From an uncultured Thermotogae bacterium (lineage in GTDB: Bacteria > Bipolaricaulota > Bipolaricaulia > UBA7950 > UBA9294): a DNA stretch of 60,655 nucleotides. A program made the position numbers and the translations under genes. The notes under the pieces were generated by a model. It worked only from the letters and a program-made list of their open reading frames with translations, searched no databases and was not told the DNA's origin. The first letter of the stretch is position 1. Each line of letters opens with the position of its first letter. The stretch lies in NCBI GenBank assembly GCA_964530075.1, contig CAZGXU010000006.1, positions 1-60,655 of the forward strand, written 5' to 3'. This document shows positions 10,336 through 19,633 of this stretch, piece after piece.

Positions 10336-10442
10336 GGATTCCGCACGCGGAACCGCGCGCCGATGAGAGGACGGACCTACAGGGGGAGGACGCCGCGCTC
10401 GACCGAGGCACGCGCGACGAGGCAGCCGTCGAGCCGTCCGCG

Positions 10443-10934
10443 CTACCCGAGCGCGACGAGCTGCCCGCGCAAGAGCGCGACGTGCGACATCTCCTCTTTC
10501 AGGATCCGCTCAACCTTCTCCTTGCCGAGCTTCACCGGGACCAGATCGCGCAGCCCGAGGTAGAAGACGATCGATTCCTTCTCCAGTCCGATGGCGATGT
10601 TCAGCAGCTCCTCGATCGTCTTGTCGTCGACGAGGTCGACCGGGTCGGTCTTGAGACCGAAGACGTTGGCGTCGGCCATCGCCGCGAGATAATCGGCCGC
10701 TTCACCCCGGGGATCGAACGCCACGGGCTGGAACTCCTCGGCGCGGAGCGCCTCCCGCATCTGCGCGAACGTCCGCTCGTGGCGACCCTCCATCTCCGCC
10801 AGTTCGAGGAGCTTCCCCTTCGTCCCCTCGTCCGCGTCGCCCGCCTCGGCCGCACGGCGATAGAAACGCGCGCCGTTCCGCTCGATCCGCACCGCCATCT
10901 GCAGGATCTCGTCCGCGTTGAAACCGAATCCCAT
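10443..10934 (-). CDS. rubrerythrin-like/ferritin-family di-iron protein
   Basis: E(RNG)..FY, ExxH (EGRH), E(KES)IVFY, EEMSH. Confidence 0.88.
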   Translation of the reverse strand: MGFGFNADEILQMAVRIERNGARFYRRAAEAGDADEGTKGKLLELAEMEGRHERTFAQMREALRAEEFQPVAFDPRGEAADYLAAMADANVFGLKTDPVDLVDDKTIEELLNIAIGLEKESIVFYLGLRDLVPVKLGKEKVERILKEEMSHVALLRGQLVALG

Positions 10935-11042
10935 CGTCGTATCTCCTTGCCCCTCGTCGTGCGGGCGCCCGGTCTGTGCCGACGCCGTGCATGGTAGCGG
11001 GAGAGATCGATCGATGCCAAACCGGCGGGCGGCGCCCCGTAT

Positions 11043-11885
11043 CTAGTACTCGGCGGGAAGCCCGGAGAGCTGTTCGAGGGTGAACACCGGCCCGTCCTTG
11101 CACACGTACTTGCTGCCGATGTTGCAGCGGCCACACTTGCCGATCCCGCACTTCATCCGCATCTCGAGCGAGAGGATCGTGTCCGCCGGCGCGAAGCCGA
11201 GTCGCTCGATCACCGGGAGGGTGAACTTGATCATCACCGGGGGGCCGCAGACGACGATCAGCGCGTCCTCGGCGCTGGGTGCGACGTCGCCGAGAACCGT
11301 CGGGACGAAGCCTTCGTGGCCGGTCCAGTTCTCGTCTCCCTCGTCGACAGTGATGTGCGCTTCGAGGTCGTCGCGCGACCGCCACTCGTCGAGTTCGGCC
11401 TTGTAGAGCAGTTCCCCCGGGTTGCGAGCGCCGTAGATCACGGTGACGTCGCCGTAGTCGGTTCGATGGTCGTCGTGGATCACGTACCGGATCAGCGCGC
11501 GGAGCGTGGTGAACGCGAACCCTCCCCCGACGACCACGAGGTCCTTCCCCTTCATCCGCTCGATCGGGAACGAGTTGCCGAGCGGTCCTCTCACGCCGAT
11601 GACCCGACCCTCCCGCGATCGGTGGAGTTCCTCGGTGACGACGCCGGTCTTCTTCACCGTGAACAGCAGCGAACCGGTCTCGGTCGGGGAGGAGGCGATG
11701 CCGATCGGGCACTCGCCCGTACCGAGGACCGACAGCTCGGCGAACTGGCCGGGCGCGTGCTGAAACGCCTTCTCGTGCGCCGGGTCGAGGAAGACGAGCT
11801 CGAACGACTTCAGATCGCGCTCGTCGTTCTCGATCGTGATCCGATCGATCCGGACTGGATAGGGCACGTACGGGTTGTTCATCAC
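11043..11885 (-). CDS. flxA: FlxA, FAD/NAD-binding flavin oxidoreductase subunit
   Basis: PGQFAELS, GPLGNSFP, GGGFAFTTLR, MKCGIGKCGRC; located in the hdr-flx cluster. Confidence 0.85.
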   Translation of the reverse strand: MMNNPYVPYPVRIDRITIENDERDLKSFELVFLDPAHEKAFQHAPGQFAELSVLGTGECPIGIASSPTETGSLLFTVKKTGVVTEELHRSREGRVIGVRGPLGNSFPIERMKGKDLVVVGGGFAFTTLRALIRYVIHDDHRTDYGDVTVIYGARNPGELLYKAELDEWRSRDDLEAHITVDEGDENWTGHEGFVPTVLGDVAPSAEDALIVVCGPPVMIKFTLPVIERLGFAPADTILSLEMRMKCGIGKCGRCNIGSKYVCKDGPVFTLEQLSGLPAEY

Positions 11886-12916
11886 ACCGATCCCCCCGCC
11901 TTCGAGGTCGTTTCTACGAGACGCTCGAGGATCCTACGGATGTCGATCCCCGATGGGCAGTTCACGATGCACCGCCCGCAGCCCACGCAGAACGCCTCGC
12001 CGAAGTTCTCCGGGCAGTACGAGAACTTGTGGAGAATCCGCTGCCGCAGCCTCGCTCCCTTCGTCGGCCGTGGGTTGTGGCCCGAGCTGTGCAGCGTGAA
12101 CAAGGGAAACGAGCACGTGTCCCAGCTGCGCACCCTTCGCCCCGCGCCCTTTCGTCCTTCGTCGGTGATGTCGAAACAATGGCACGTCGGGCACGAGTAC
12201 GTGCAGGCGCCGCAGCCGAGGCATCCGAGCGCCAGATCGGACCACACGTCCGCCTCGAACGCCTCGACGAGCCCCTCCGCATCGGTCGGGATCGTCACCG
12301 GCGTCAACCGGCCTTCCGCCTTCGCGGCCAACTCCCTTGCCTTCGCGGCGGCGGCGGCGGCGGCCGGCCGCGCCGCATCCCCGGCGCCCCGGAGGAGCAC
12401 CTCGCCGCGGTCGGTGACCGCTCGGAGGAGGAGCGCGTCGCCGAGATCGGTCGCGAGCACGTCGGCGCCCGTCTCGTCGCCCGGCGACCCGCCGACCGAG
12501 GTGCAGAAACAGGTCGGTCCCGGTTCGTTGCACGCGAGCGCCACTACCGTCGTCCTTCCTCGCCGTTCCAGGTAGTACGGGTCCTCGGTCCCGTCCCAAC
12601 GGAACACCTTGTCGAGCATCGTCAGCGAACGCGCGTCGCAGGGCCGGACGCCGAACAGCACGGTCTCCGGCGCCTCGGGGATCCGCTCCGTTCCCCCCCC
12701 GTCGCGAAACGCCAGCAGCGTCTCGGTCTGAGGAAAGACGACCCCCTTCGCCGACAGCGAGGTGTTCCGGTAGTCGAGTCGTACCTTCGCGACGTCCCCG
12801 ACCACGCCGAACGAAGCGCCCGTCCGATCGTCCAACGGCGCGATCAGCCGCCGCTCCCTCGCGAGGGTGCTGAGGAACGTCGCGAGGTCGGTCTTTCCGA
12901 GGATCAGCTCGTTCAT
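11882..12916 (-). CDS. flxB: FlxB, 4Fe-4S subunit (AsrA-like)
   Basis: GVRPCD, CFCTS, CLGCGACTYSCPTCHCF, CVGCGRCIVNCP. Confidence 0.85.
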   Translation of the reverse strand: MNELILGKTDLATFLSTLARERRLIAPLDDRTGASFGVVGDVAKVRLDYRNTSLSAKGVVFPQTETLLAFRDGGGTERIPEAPETVLFGVRPCDARSLTMLDKVFRWDGTEDPYYLERRGRTTVVALACNEPGPTCFCTSVGGSPGDETGADVLATDLGDALLLRAVTDRGEVLLRGAGDAARPAAAAAAAKARELAAKAEGRLTPVTIPTDAEGLVEAFEADVWSDLALGCLGCGACTYSCPTCHCFDITDEGRKGAGRRVRSWDTCSFPLFTLHSSGHNPRPTKGARLRQRILHKFSYCPENFGEAFCVGCGRCIVNCPSGIDIRRILERLVETTSKAGGSV

Positions 12917-12933
12917 CGATGTCTCCGTTCCCT

Positions 12934-13932
12934 CTACGGCTCGGTCATGAACCCCTCGTCGTCCGTCATCTCGAACCGCATCAGCGGTTCGGGCTCGTCG
13001 AGGGAAGCGCCCACGTCTCCTCCGAACAGCGACTTCACGTCATGGTTGACCTTCTGATTCAGCAATCTCAGATCGATCCCCTGAGGGCACGCGGCGACGC
13101 ACGCGCCACAGTCGACGCATCGCCCCGCCTGGTGAAACGCTCGGCCGATGTGGAAAAGCATCAGATCCGACAGGTCGGTCGTGACGCCGATCCATTGAGG
13201 CGCGGTCTCTTGTGCGAAGCACTCGGTGCAGTAGCAGTTGGGACACGCCTCGCGGCACGCGTAGCAGCGGATGCAGCGGGAAACCTCCTCCTGGAACGAC
13301 TGCCAGCGCTCCTCGATCGGTCGTTCGGCGAACGCTTGCACGTCGGCGAAGCGCGCGATGTCGTCGTCAGGCGGGATCGGATCCCCGATCGACTCGTCGG
13401 CGAGCACGGCGTTGTGATGCCCGCACTCCCGACAGCCTCCGAGCAGGACCTCCGCAAGGTCGACCTCCCGCTCCAGGCCGTTCGTCGCGCGAAGCCGCAG
13501 TCGGTCTCCCTTCAGGAACTCCGCCTCGACCAGCTCGGCCGGCCCGAGCAGACGCGACGCGCGGTGCCGGTCGACCATCCCCCCACAGCTGACGCCGATG
13601 ATGTACATCGCGTCGCGGGGGATCTGATGTGCCTTGATCAGCCCGACGATCGAGCGGCTGACGCAGCCCTTGGCGACGACGCCGACGCGCGGCGGCGTCC
13701 ACTCTCCGCGGAACCCGGAGGGGCGCTTGAGGAGGTCCGGCAGGAGTGCAGCGAGATTCGACGTGCAGCAGGCGTTCCACACCAGCGCCTCGGCGTCCTG
13801 GGCGGAGCGGGCGACGTGCACCGACGATTTGAGCGGCACACTGGCGTCCGCGTACCCGATGAACAGGTCGACGGTCCCTTCGCGAAGCAGCTCGGCGACG
13901 CGCCGTCTCAATTGCTCCTGAATCTCGCTCAT
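12934..13932 (-). CDS. flxC: FlxC, 4Fe-4S subunit
   Basis: Start MSEIQEQL. Motifs AKGC, CIRCYACREACPNCYC, AGRCVDCGACVAACP. Confidence 0.82.
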   Translation of the reverse strand: MSEIQEQLRRRVAELLREGTVDLFIGYADASVPLKSSVHVARSAQDAEALVWNACCTSNLAALLPDLLKRPSGFRGEWTPPRVGVVAKGCVSRSIVGLIKAHQIPRDAMYIIGVSCGGMVDRHRASRLLGPAELVEAEFLKGDRLRLRATNGLEREVDLAEVLLGGCRECGHHNAVLADESIGDPIPPDDDIARFADVQAFAERPIEERWQSFQEEVSRCIRCYACREACPNCYCTECFAQETAPQWIGVTTDLSDLMLFHIGRAFHQAGRCVDCGACVAACPQGIDLRLLNQKVNHDVKSLFGGDVGASLDEPEPLMRFEMTDDEGFMTEP

Positions 13933-14393
13933 CGCACCGTCTCGATCTCCTTGATCATCCGCGTCGCCGGGCCGATCTCGCGAACGGTCTCGATCACCCC
14001 GAGCAGCAGCTCGGCGAATCGGATCCCCTCCGCTGCTGATACCCACGCGAAGTGGACGCGCTCCGGCTCGATCCCGACGTACTCGAGCAGGCTCTTCATC
14101 AACGCGAACTTGCGGCGCGCGTAGAGGTTCCCGCTGATGTAGTGACAGTCGCCGGGGTGGCAGCCGCTGACGAGCACGCCGTCCATCCCGCTCTGCAGCG
14201 CCTTGACGATGAACAGCGGGTTGATTCGCCCCGAACACGGGACGCGGATGACGCGGACGTTCGGCGGATACTGGATGCGGCTGACGCCGGCGAGATCGGC
14301 ACCGGCGTAGCTGCACCAGTTGCACAGGAACGCGACGATCCGCGGCTCCCATCCCGCTCCTCGCTCGCCCCGGCCTTTCGTCAGGTCGGTCAT
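13929..14393 (-). CDS. flxD: FlxD/MvhD-family 2Fe-2S subunit
   Basis: FLCNWCSYAGAD, CSGR, GCHPGDCHY, WVSAAEG. Confidence 0.87.
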   Translation of the reverse strand: MTDLTKGRGERGAGWEPRIVAFLCNWCSYAGADLAGVSRIQYPPNVRVIRVPCSGRINPLFIVKALQSGMDGVLVSGCHPGDCHYISGNLYARRKFALMKSLLEYVGIEPERVHFAWVSAAEGIRFAELLLGVIETVREIGPATRMIKEIETVR

Positions 14394-17392
14394 ACGACAG
14401 CCTCCAGCATCGCGAGGATCTGCTCGTCTTTGAACCCTTTCAGATCGATCGCCGCCGCGAGGCACGACGCGGCGCAGACGCCGCATCCTTTACAGAGCGC
14501 CTCGTTGACCACCGCGTAGCCCGCGTCGGGATCGAGCTCGATCGCCTTGTACGCGCACACCTCGACGCACGTCCCGCAGCCGCTGCAGCGGGCGGTCCGG
14601 ACCGTCGCCACCTTTCCCTCCGTCTCGAGCGCGCCCTTGGACAGGACGGTCGCCGCCCGTCCGGCCGCCGCCTTCGCCTGTGCGATCGCCTCCGACATGT
14701 CCTTCGGGTAGTGCGCCAGCCCGCAGACGAAGACGCCGTCGGTGGCGAAATCGACCGGTCGCAGCTTGACGTGCGCCTCGAGGAAGAATCCGTCCTCGTC
14801 GAGGGGCACCTTCAGCATCTGCGACAGCTCCTTGTTTCCCGGGTTCGGCGCGACGCCGGACGACAGGACGACGAGATCCGGTTCGAACCGGAGCGATCGG
14901 CCGAGGATGAGGTCGTCGACGTCGACGAACAGACGATCGTCCTCGATCCGCACGACCGGCTTCTCATCTCGGTCGTAGCGGCAGAAGAGAATCCCCTTCT
15001 CGCGGGCGTCGCGATACAGCAGCTCCTTGAGGCCGTACGTGCGCACGTCGCGGTAGAGGATGTGGATCGCCGCGCGGGGATTGAGTTCGCGCAGCTTGAG
15101 CGCGTTCTTCACCGCGCTGGTGCAGCAGATCCGGCTGCAGTAGGGGCGATCGTCGTCGCGCGATTCGACGCACTGGATCATCACGATCTCCCCCGCCTGC
15201 CGGAGCGCCGGATCGCCGGCTGCCAGCCGGCCCTCGAACGAACGGAGCGTGATCATGCGGCTGTCTTCCCCGTAGTGGTACGAGGTCGGGACGACCGCGT
15301 CGGCGCCCGTGGCGACGATCACCGCGCCGTGCTCGAACGGCTCCGACCCGTCGGCGAGGGTGGTGACGAAGTTGCCGACGTACCCGGCGACCTCGGCCAC
15401 CGTGGTCCCGGTGTGTACGGTGATCCGCTCGTCCGTCTTCACCTTCTCGATCAGCGTCCGCAGCGAAGGGGCGGTCGGCTGACCGTCGTGGGTGAAGTGG
15501 ACGTGCCGCAGGTTGCCGCCGAGCTCGTGCTCCCTCTCCACCAGGTGCACCGGGAACCGTTGCGCGGCCAGTTCCAGCGCCGCCGACATCCCGGCGACCC
15601 CGCCGCCGATCACCAGCGCCGACTTCTGGATCCCCAGCGTCATCCTGGTGAGCGGCTCGAGGCGGACCGCCTTCTCGAGCGCCATCTCCAGCAGCCCCTT
15701 CGCTTTGGCGGTCGCCTCGGTCGGTTCCTTCTGATGCACCCACGAGCATTGCTCGCGGATGTTGACGAACTCGAACAGGTGTGGGTTCAGCCCGGTCGCC
15801 TGCAACGTGCGCTGGAACAGCGGTTCGTGCGTGCGCGGCGTGCACGCCGCGACCACGACACGGTTGAGGTTCTTCTCGCGGATGACGTCGGAGATGGCCT
15901 TCTGGGCGTCCTGGGAGCAGGTGAACAGGAATTCTTGCGCGTGTTCGACGGACGGGAGCCCGCCGGCGTGGGCGACGACCTCCGGCACGTCGACCGTCGC
16001 ACCGATGTTGATCCCGCAGTTGCAGACGAACACGCCGACTCGCGGCGGCTCGCCGCGGATGTCGCGTTCCTCCGGGTACTCGACCGCGAACTCCGCCGGC
16101 GGCATGTCGGCGACGACGCCGGCGGCGGCCGACGCCGCGGCCGACGCCTCGACGATCGACTCCGGAATGTCCTTCGGCCCGGAGAGTGCGCCGCAGACGA
16201 AGATCCCCGGCCGCGGGGTGCCTACCGGATCGAACGCCGACGTCGGCACGAACCCGGAATCGTTGATCGGAAGGCCGAGCCGCGCCAGAGCCGCCCGCTG
16301 CTCGGGGCGGGTGACCAGCCCGAGCGACAGGACGAGCAGGTCGAACTCCTCGCTGACGACGCTCGATCCGTCCGGCGTGTACCGAAGCACGACGTTGTCC
16401 GTCGTCGGATCGGTCTCGACCGACGAGATCCGCGCGCGGACGAACCTGCAACCCCGCTCCCGTTCCGCCCTGTCGACGAACCGGTCGAACCCCTTCCCGA
16501 ACGCGCGGACGTCCATAAAGAACACGGACGTCTCGACATCGTCGAGGTGCTCGCCGAGGATGATCGCGTCCTTCGCCGCCTGCATGCAGCAGATCGAGGA
16601 GCAGTACTCGTTGCCGACTTGGCTGTCGCGGGAGCCGACGCACTGGAGGAACGCGATCCGCCTCGGCTCTCTGTCGTCGGACGGTCGGGTCACGTGACCG
16701 CGGCTCGGGCCGCTGGCGGACAGGATCCGCTCGAACTCGATGCTCGTCACTACATTGGGGAACGTCTTGTAGCCGTACTCGTCCTTCTGGATCGCGTCGA
16801 ACTCGGACGCCCCGGTGGCGAGGACGACGCTTCCGACCTCCACCTGCTCCGTCGCCGGTTTCTGGTCGTAGTCGATCGCGTCCGCCTCGCACACCTTAGA
16901 ACAGACCCGGCACGTGCCGCGCGTGAGGTAGAGGCACTTCGACTCGTCGATCATCGCCGCCGCGGGCACCGCCTGGGGAAACGGGACGCGGATGCACTTG
17001 GTCATCCCCAATCCGACGTTGAACGGGTCGGGCACCTTCACCGGGCACTTGTCGGTGCACGCGCCGCATCCGGTGCATCGGTCCACGTCGACGTAGCGCG
17101 GCCGCGTATGCAGCGTGACCGAGAACCTCGGCGCCTCGCCGTCGACGGCGAGCACGTCGGTGTTGGTGAAAATGCGGATGGAGGGGTGGGCTCCGGCCTC
17201 GACGAGCTTCGGCGAAAGGATGCACATCGCGCAGTCGTTGGTCGGGAACGTCTTGTCGAGCTGGGCCATCCGGCCGCCGATGCTCGGGCCGCGCTCGACC
17301 AGCAACACCTCGATCCCCATCTCGGCGAGATCGAGTGCCGCCTGGACGCCGGCGATCCCGCCTCCCACGACCATCACTCGTTTGTGATCCAC
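14390..17392 (-). CDS. hdrA: heterodisulfide reductase subunit A family protein (1000 aa, two FAD modules)
   Basis: GGGIAG..IGGRMAQLDKTFPTNDC, QCVGSR, CSSICC, GVFVCNCG, CTPRTHE, second GGGVAG, LRPVDF, C-terminal 2x4Fe-4S. Confidence 0.93.
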   Translation of the reverse strand: MDHKRVMVVGGGIAGVQAALDLAEMGIEVLLVERGPSIGGRMAQLDKTFPTNDCAMCILSPKLVEAGAHPSIRIFTNTDVLAVDGEAPRFSVTLHTRPRYVDVDRCTGCGACTDKCPVKVPDPFNVGLGMTKCIRVPFPQAVPAAAMIDESKCLYLTRGTCRVCSKVCEADAIDYDQKPATEQVEVGSVVLATGASEFDAIQKDEYGYKTFPNVVTSIEFERILSASGPSRGHVTRPSDDREPRRIAFLQCVGSRDSQVGNEYCSSICCMQAAKDAIILGEHLDDVETSVFFMDVRAFGKGFDRFVDRAERERGCRFVRARISSVETDPTTDNVVLRYTPDGSSVVSEEFDLLVLSLGLVTRPEQRAALARLGLPINDSGFVPTSAFDPVGTPRPGIFVCGALSGPKDIPESIVEASAAASAAAGVVADMPPAEFAVEYPEERDIRGEPPRVGVFVCNCGINIGATVDVPEVVAHAGGLPSVEHAQEFLFTCSQDAQKAISDVIREKNLNRVVVAACTPRTHEPLFQRTLQATGLNPHLFEFVNIREQCSWVHQKEPTEATAKAKGLLEMALEKAVRLEPLTRMTLGIQKSALVIGGGVAGMSAALELAAQRFPVHLVEREHELGGNLRHVHFTHDGQPTAPSLRTLIEKVKTDERITVHTGTTVAEVAGYVGNFVTTLADGSEPFEHGAVIVATGADAVVPTSYHYGEDSRMITLRSFEGRLAAGDPALRQAGEIVMIQCVESRDDDRPYCSRICCTSAVKNALKLRELNPRAAIHILYRDVRTYGLKELLYRDAREKGILFCRYDRDEKPVVRIEDDRLFVDVDDLILGRSLRFEPDLVVLSSGVAPNPGNKELSQMLKVPLDEDGFFLEAHVKLRPVDFATDGVFVCGLAHYPKDMSEAIAQAKAAAGRAATVLSKGALETEGKVATVRTARCSGCGTCVEVCAYKAIELDPDAGYAVVNEALCKGCGVCAASCLAAAIDLKGFKDEQILAMLEAVV

Positions 17393-17393
17393 G

Positions 17394-18506
17394 TTACGCT
17401 CCCAGTCGCTCCTTCGCCCTTCCTCGCTTCCGACTCGTGAACGACACGATCTTCGCCATCATCTCGGTGGCGTGATTCCGGCGGCCTTCCGGCGCGGTGA
17501 ACGTCAACTCCTGGATCGCCCGGGCGTTGCGCGCACCGTTGTACACCCTCTCCCCCTGCGAGCTGCGGACGACCACGGTCGTGTATCCGCCGGGAGACCC
17601 GAGTCCGCCGCACGAGATGTCGGCAAACTCGTTGGAGAAGTCGGAGCACGCGAAGCAGGCCGGGCGGGCGAACTCGTCGACCAGGTAGAACGGCACGTGC
17701 AGCGTCTCCCCCTCACGGGTCGTCACGATCACGTCGTCCTTCACGTTCAGCCTCGCGATCTTGTCGAGCTGAACGCCGAGGACCTCCTCCAACCGCCCGC
17801 GCGCCGGTTCGTCGAACGCGAAGCTCTCCATGCAGAAGAGCCCGATGGTCAGCGCCACGGTGTCGGACGGGAGGACGTTCAGCAGCTGCATCTTGCGGAT
17901 CGTGCGGATCTGGCACGGCGTGCCGACGACGGCGATCCGCCGGATGTCCTGTTGATGCAGATCCCGTATCTCTCGGACGGTCGGTGAGAACGTGGTGTAC
18001 TGCCGTCCCGCCTCGTGGAGTTGGCGCGATTCGTCGTAGTGCGACCCGGCCGCTTCGGCGATCGCTGCGGGGGTTGTCGCGACGATCACCTCACGACCGA
18101 ACGTGTCCGTCTCCCGTGACACGACGGCCGCCTGGACGATGTGCTTCTCCAGCGCGTGGATGAGCAACGCGGTGACGACCCCCCCGTCGGTCCCCGCGGC
18201 GCGCACGGCATCGTCCGCCGCGGCCGCGGACGTCATCTTCCGTACCGGACCGATCGGTGCGGTCCAGGCATGGCGATCGCGCAACTCGTCGTCGAGAACC
18301 CGAATCTGCGGGCAGATCAGATAGCAGATTCCGCACTTGAGACAGCGCTCCTCGTCGGCGTATCTGGGCGAGCCGTCCTCGTCGAGCGTCAGTGCGTTGA
18401 ATTCGCCGGCGGAGCAGAACGACACACAGCCCCCGCACTTGCCGCAGATTCCGCGCTCCTGGACTTCGGCGATGAGGTCGCTGAACGTCTTGACGTCACC
18501 CTTCAT
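17394..18506 (-). CDS. FrhB/FdhB-family flavoprotein with N-terminal ferredoxin
   Basis: Start MKGDVKTF. Motifs CGKCGGCVSFC, CLKCGICYLICP, DGGVVTALL, VGTPCQ, IGLFC, CFACSDF, ADISCG. Confidence 0.88.
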   Translation of the reverse strand: MKGDVKTFSDLIAEVQERGICGKCGGCVSFCSAGEFNALTLDEDGSPRYADEERCLKCGICYLICPQIRVLDDELRDRHAWTAPIGPVRKMTSAAAADDAVRAAGTDGGVVTALLIHALEKHIVQAAVVSRETDTFGREVIVATTPAAIAEAAGSHYDESRQLHEAGRQYTTFSPTVREIRDLHQQDIRRIAVVGTPCQIRTIRKMQLLNVLPSDTVALTIGLFCMESFAFDEPARGRLEEVLGVQLDKIARLNVKDDVIVTTREGETLHVPFYLVDEFARPACFACSDFSNEFADISCGGLGSPGGYTTVVVRSSQGERVYNGARNARAIQELTFTAPEGRRNHATEMMAKIVSFTSRKRGRAKERLGA

Positions 18507-19059
18507 CGACGGCCTTCTCACCGGCCGGCGACCCGTCGCCTGCCGTTCCTTCCTCTGACAAGGCCTCGGCACCGCCACCTTCCTTCGACGATTTCTCCGC
18601 CTCCGCTGCGGCGCGGCGCTTGACGAACGCGGCCAGCTCCTGTTCGAACGCCGCACGCACCCGCTCCGTTCGTGTCTCCTGGATCTCGCGGTCGATCCGC
18701 GCCACCTCGGCGAGCACCTCGGGCGGCGCGTGATTCCCTTTCATCGCCATGTAGCGAAGCGCGCGCATCACGTCGGTGAAGTTGACGCCCTGCGGGCAGC
18801 GCGCGGTGCATCGGTAGCAGAGGAGGCAGTACCAGATCAACGGCGAGGAAAGGACCTCCTCCCGCATGCCGAACAGGATCTGGCGGATGATCTTGCGCGG
18901 ACTGTACTCCGGCGCGACTTCGCTGACGGGACAGCCGGCGACGCACGTTCCGCACGCGAAGCAGCGGCGCACGTGTTCGCCGCCGGGCTGGGACGCGAGT
19001 TCGTCACAGAACGTCGGGTCCAGCTTCCCGATCTCCAGGGTCTCCATCGTTTCTGGCAT
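18496..19059 (-). CDS. hdrC: heterodisulfide reductase subunit C
   Basis: CFACGTCVAGCP, IWYCLLCYRCTARCPQGV, followed by a low-complexity C-terminal tail. Confidence 0.88.
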   Translation of the reverse strand: MPETMETLEIGKLDPTFCDELASQPGGEHVRRCFACGTCVAGCPVSEVAPEYSPRKIIRQILFGMREEVLSSPLIWYCLLCYRCTARCPQGVNFTDVMRALRYMAMKGNHAPPEVLAEVARIDREIQETRTERVRAAFEQELAAFVKRRAAAEAEKSSKEGGGAEALSEEGTAGDGSPAGEKAVDEG

Positions 19060-19073
19060 TCTCCTTCCCCCCT

Positions 19074-19607
19074 TCACGGCGATCGCGCGGCCGCCGGCTC
19101 GCGAAGGAATCGGTCCGCGATCATCGCCCCCGCCCGATCGATGGCCGCTTCCACCGCGGGGGACCTCTCCTCCGTCATCTCTTCCGGGATCCTCGACACT
19201 TGGCAAGCGATCACCGTGACGCGGACGTCGCCGACCTGTCGGAGCTCCCGAAGCAGGTTCGACGTCGGCGCTTGATGCAGTGAAAACTCGGAGACCTGGA
19301 CCCTCGGAAGCCGATCGAGCGGGATCTCGAACACCTCTCCCGGCGTGCGGCCGAGATCGACGGCATCGACGACGACGACGAGCCGAGGTCGACGCTCGCT
19401 CAGCACCATGTCAAACAGCAACGAGCGCACTCCGGTCCCCGCGTCGATCACCGCCGCCCAGTCAGGGATCGGGACGGTGGCGTTGAGCCGCGAGGCGACG
19501 GCCGGCCCGAACCCGTCGTCGCCGAACAGCGTGTTCCCGCAGCACAGCACCACGACGTCCTTGGCGCAGTGATCGGGCAGGGCCTCGTCCGTCCAGGTGT
19601 CCGACAT
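19074..19607 (-). CDS. hydrogenase maturation protease (FrhD/HycI-like)
   Basis: GNTLFGDDGFG, IDAGT, VDAVD, FSLH. Confidence 0.9.
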   Translation of the reverse strand: MSDTWTDEALPDHCAKDVVVLCCGNTLFGDDGFGPAVASRLNATVPIPDWAAVIDAGTGVRSLLFDMVLSERRPRLVVVVDAVDLGRTPGEVFEIPLDRLPRVQVSEFSLHQAPTSNLLRELRQVGDVRVTVIACQVSRIPEEMTEERSPAVEAAIDRAGAMIADRFLREPAAARSP

Positions 19608-19633
19608 CCGATCTTGTCCTCCTTCGCTCCGGG

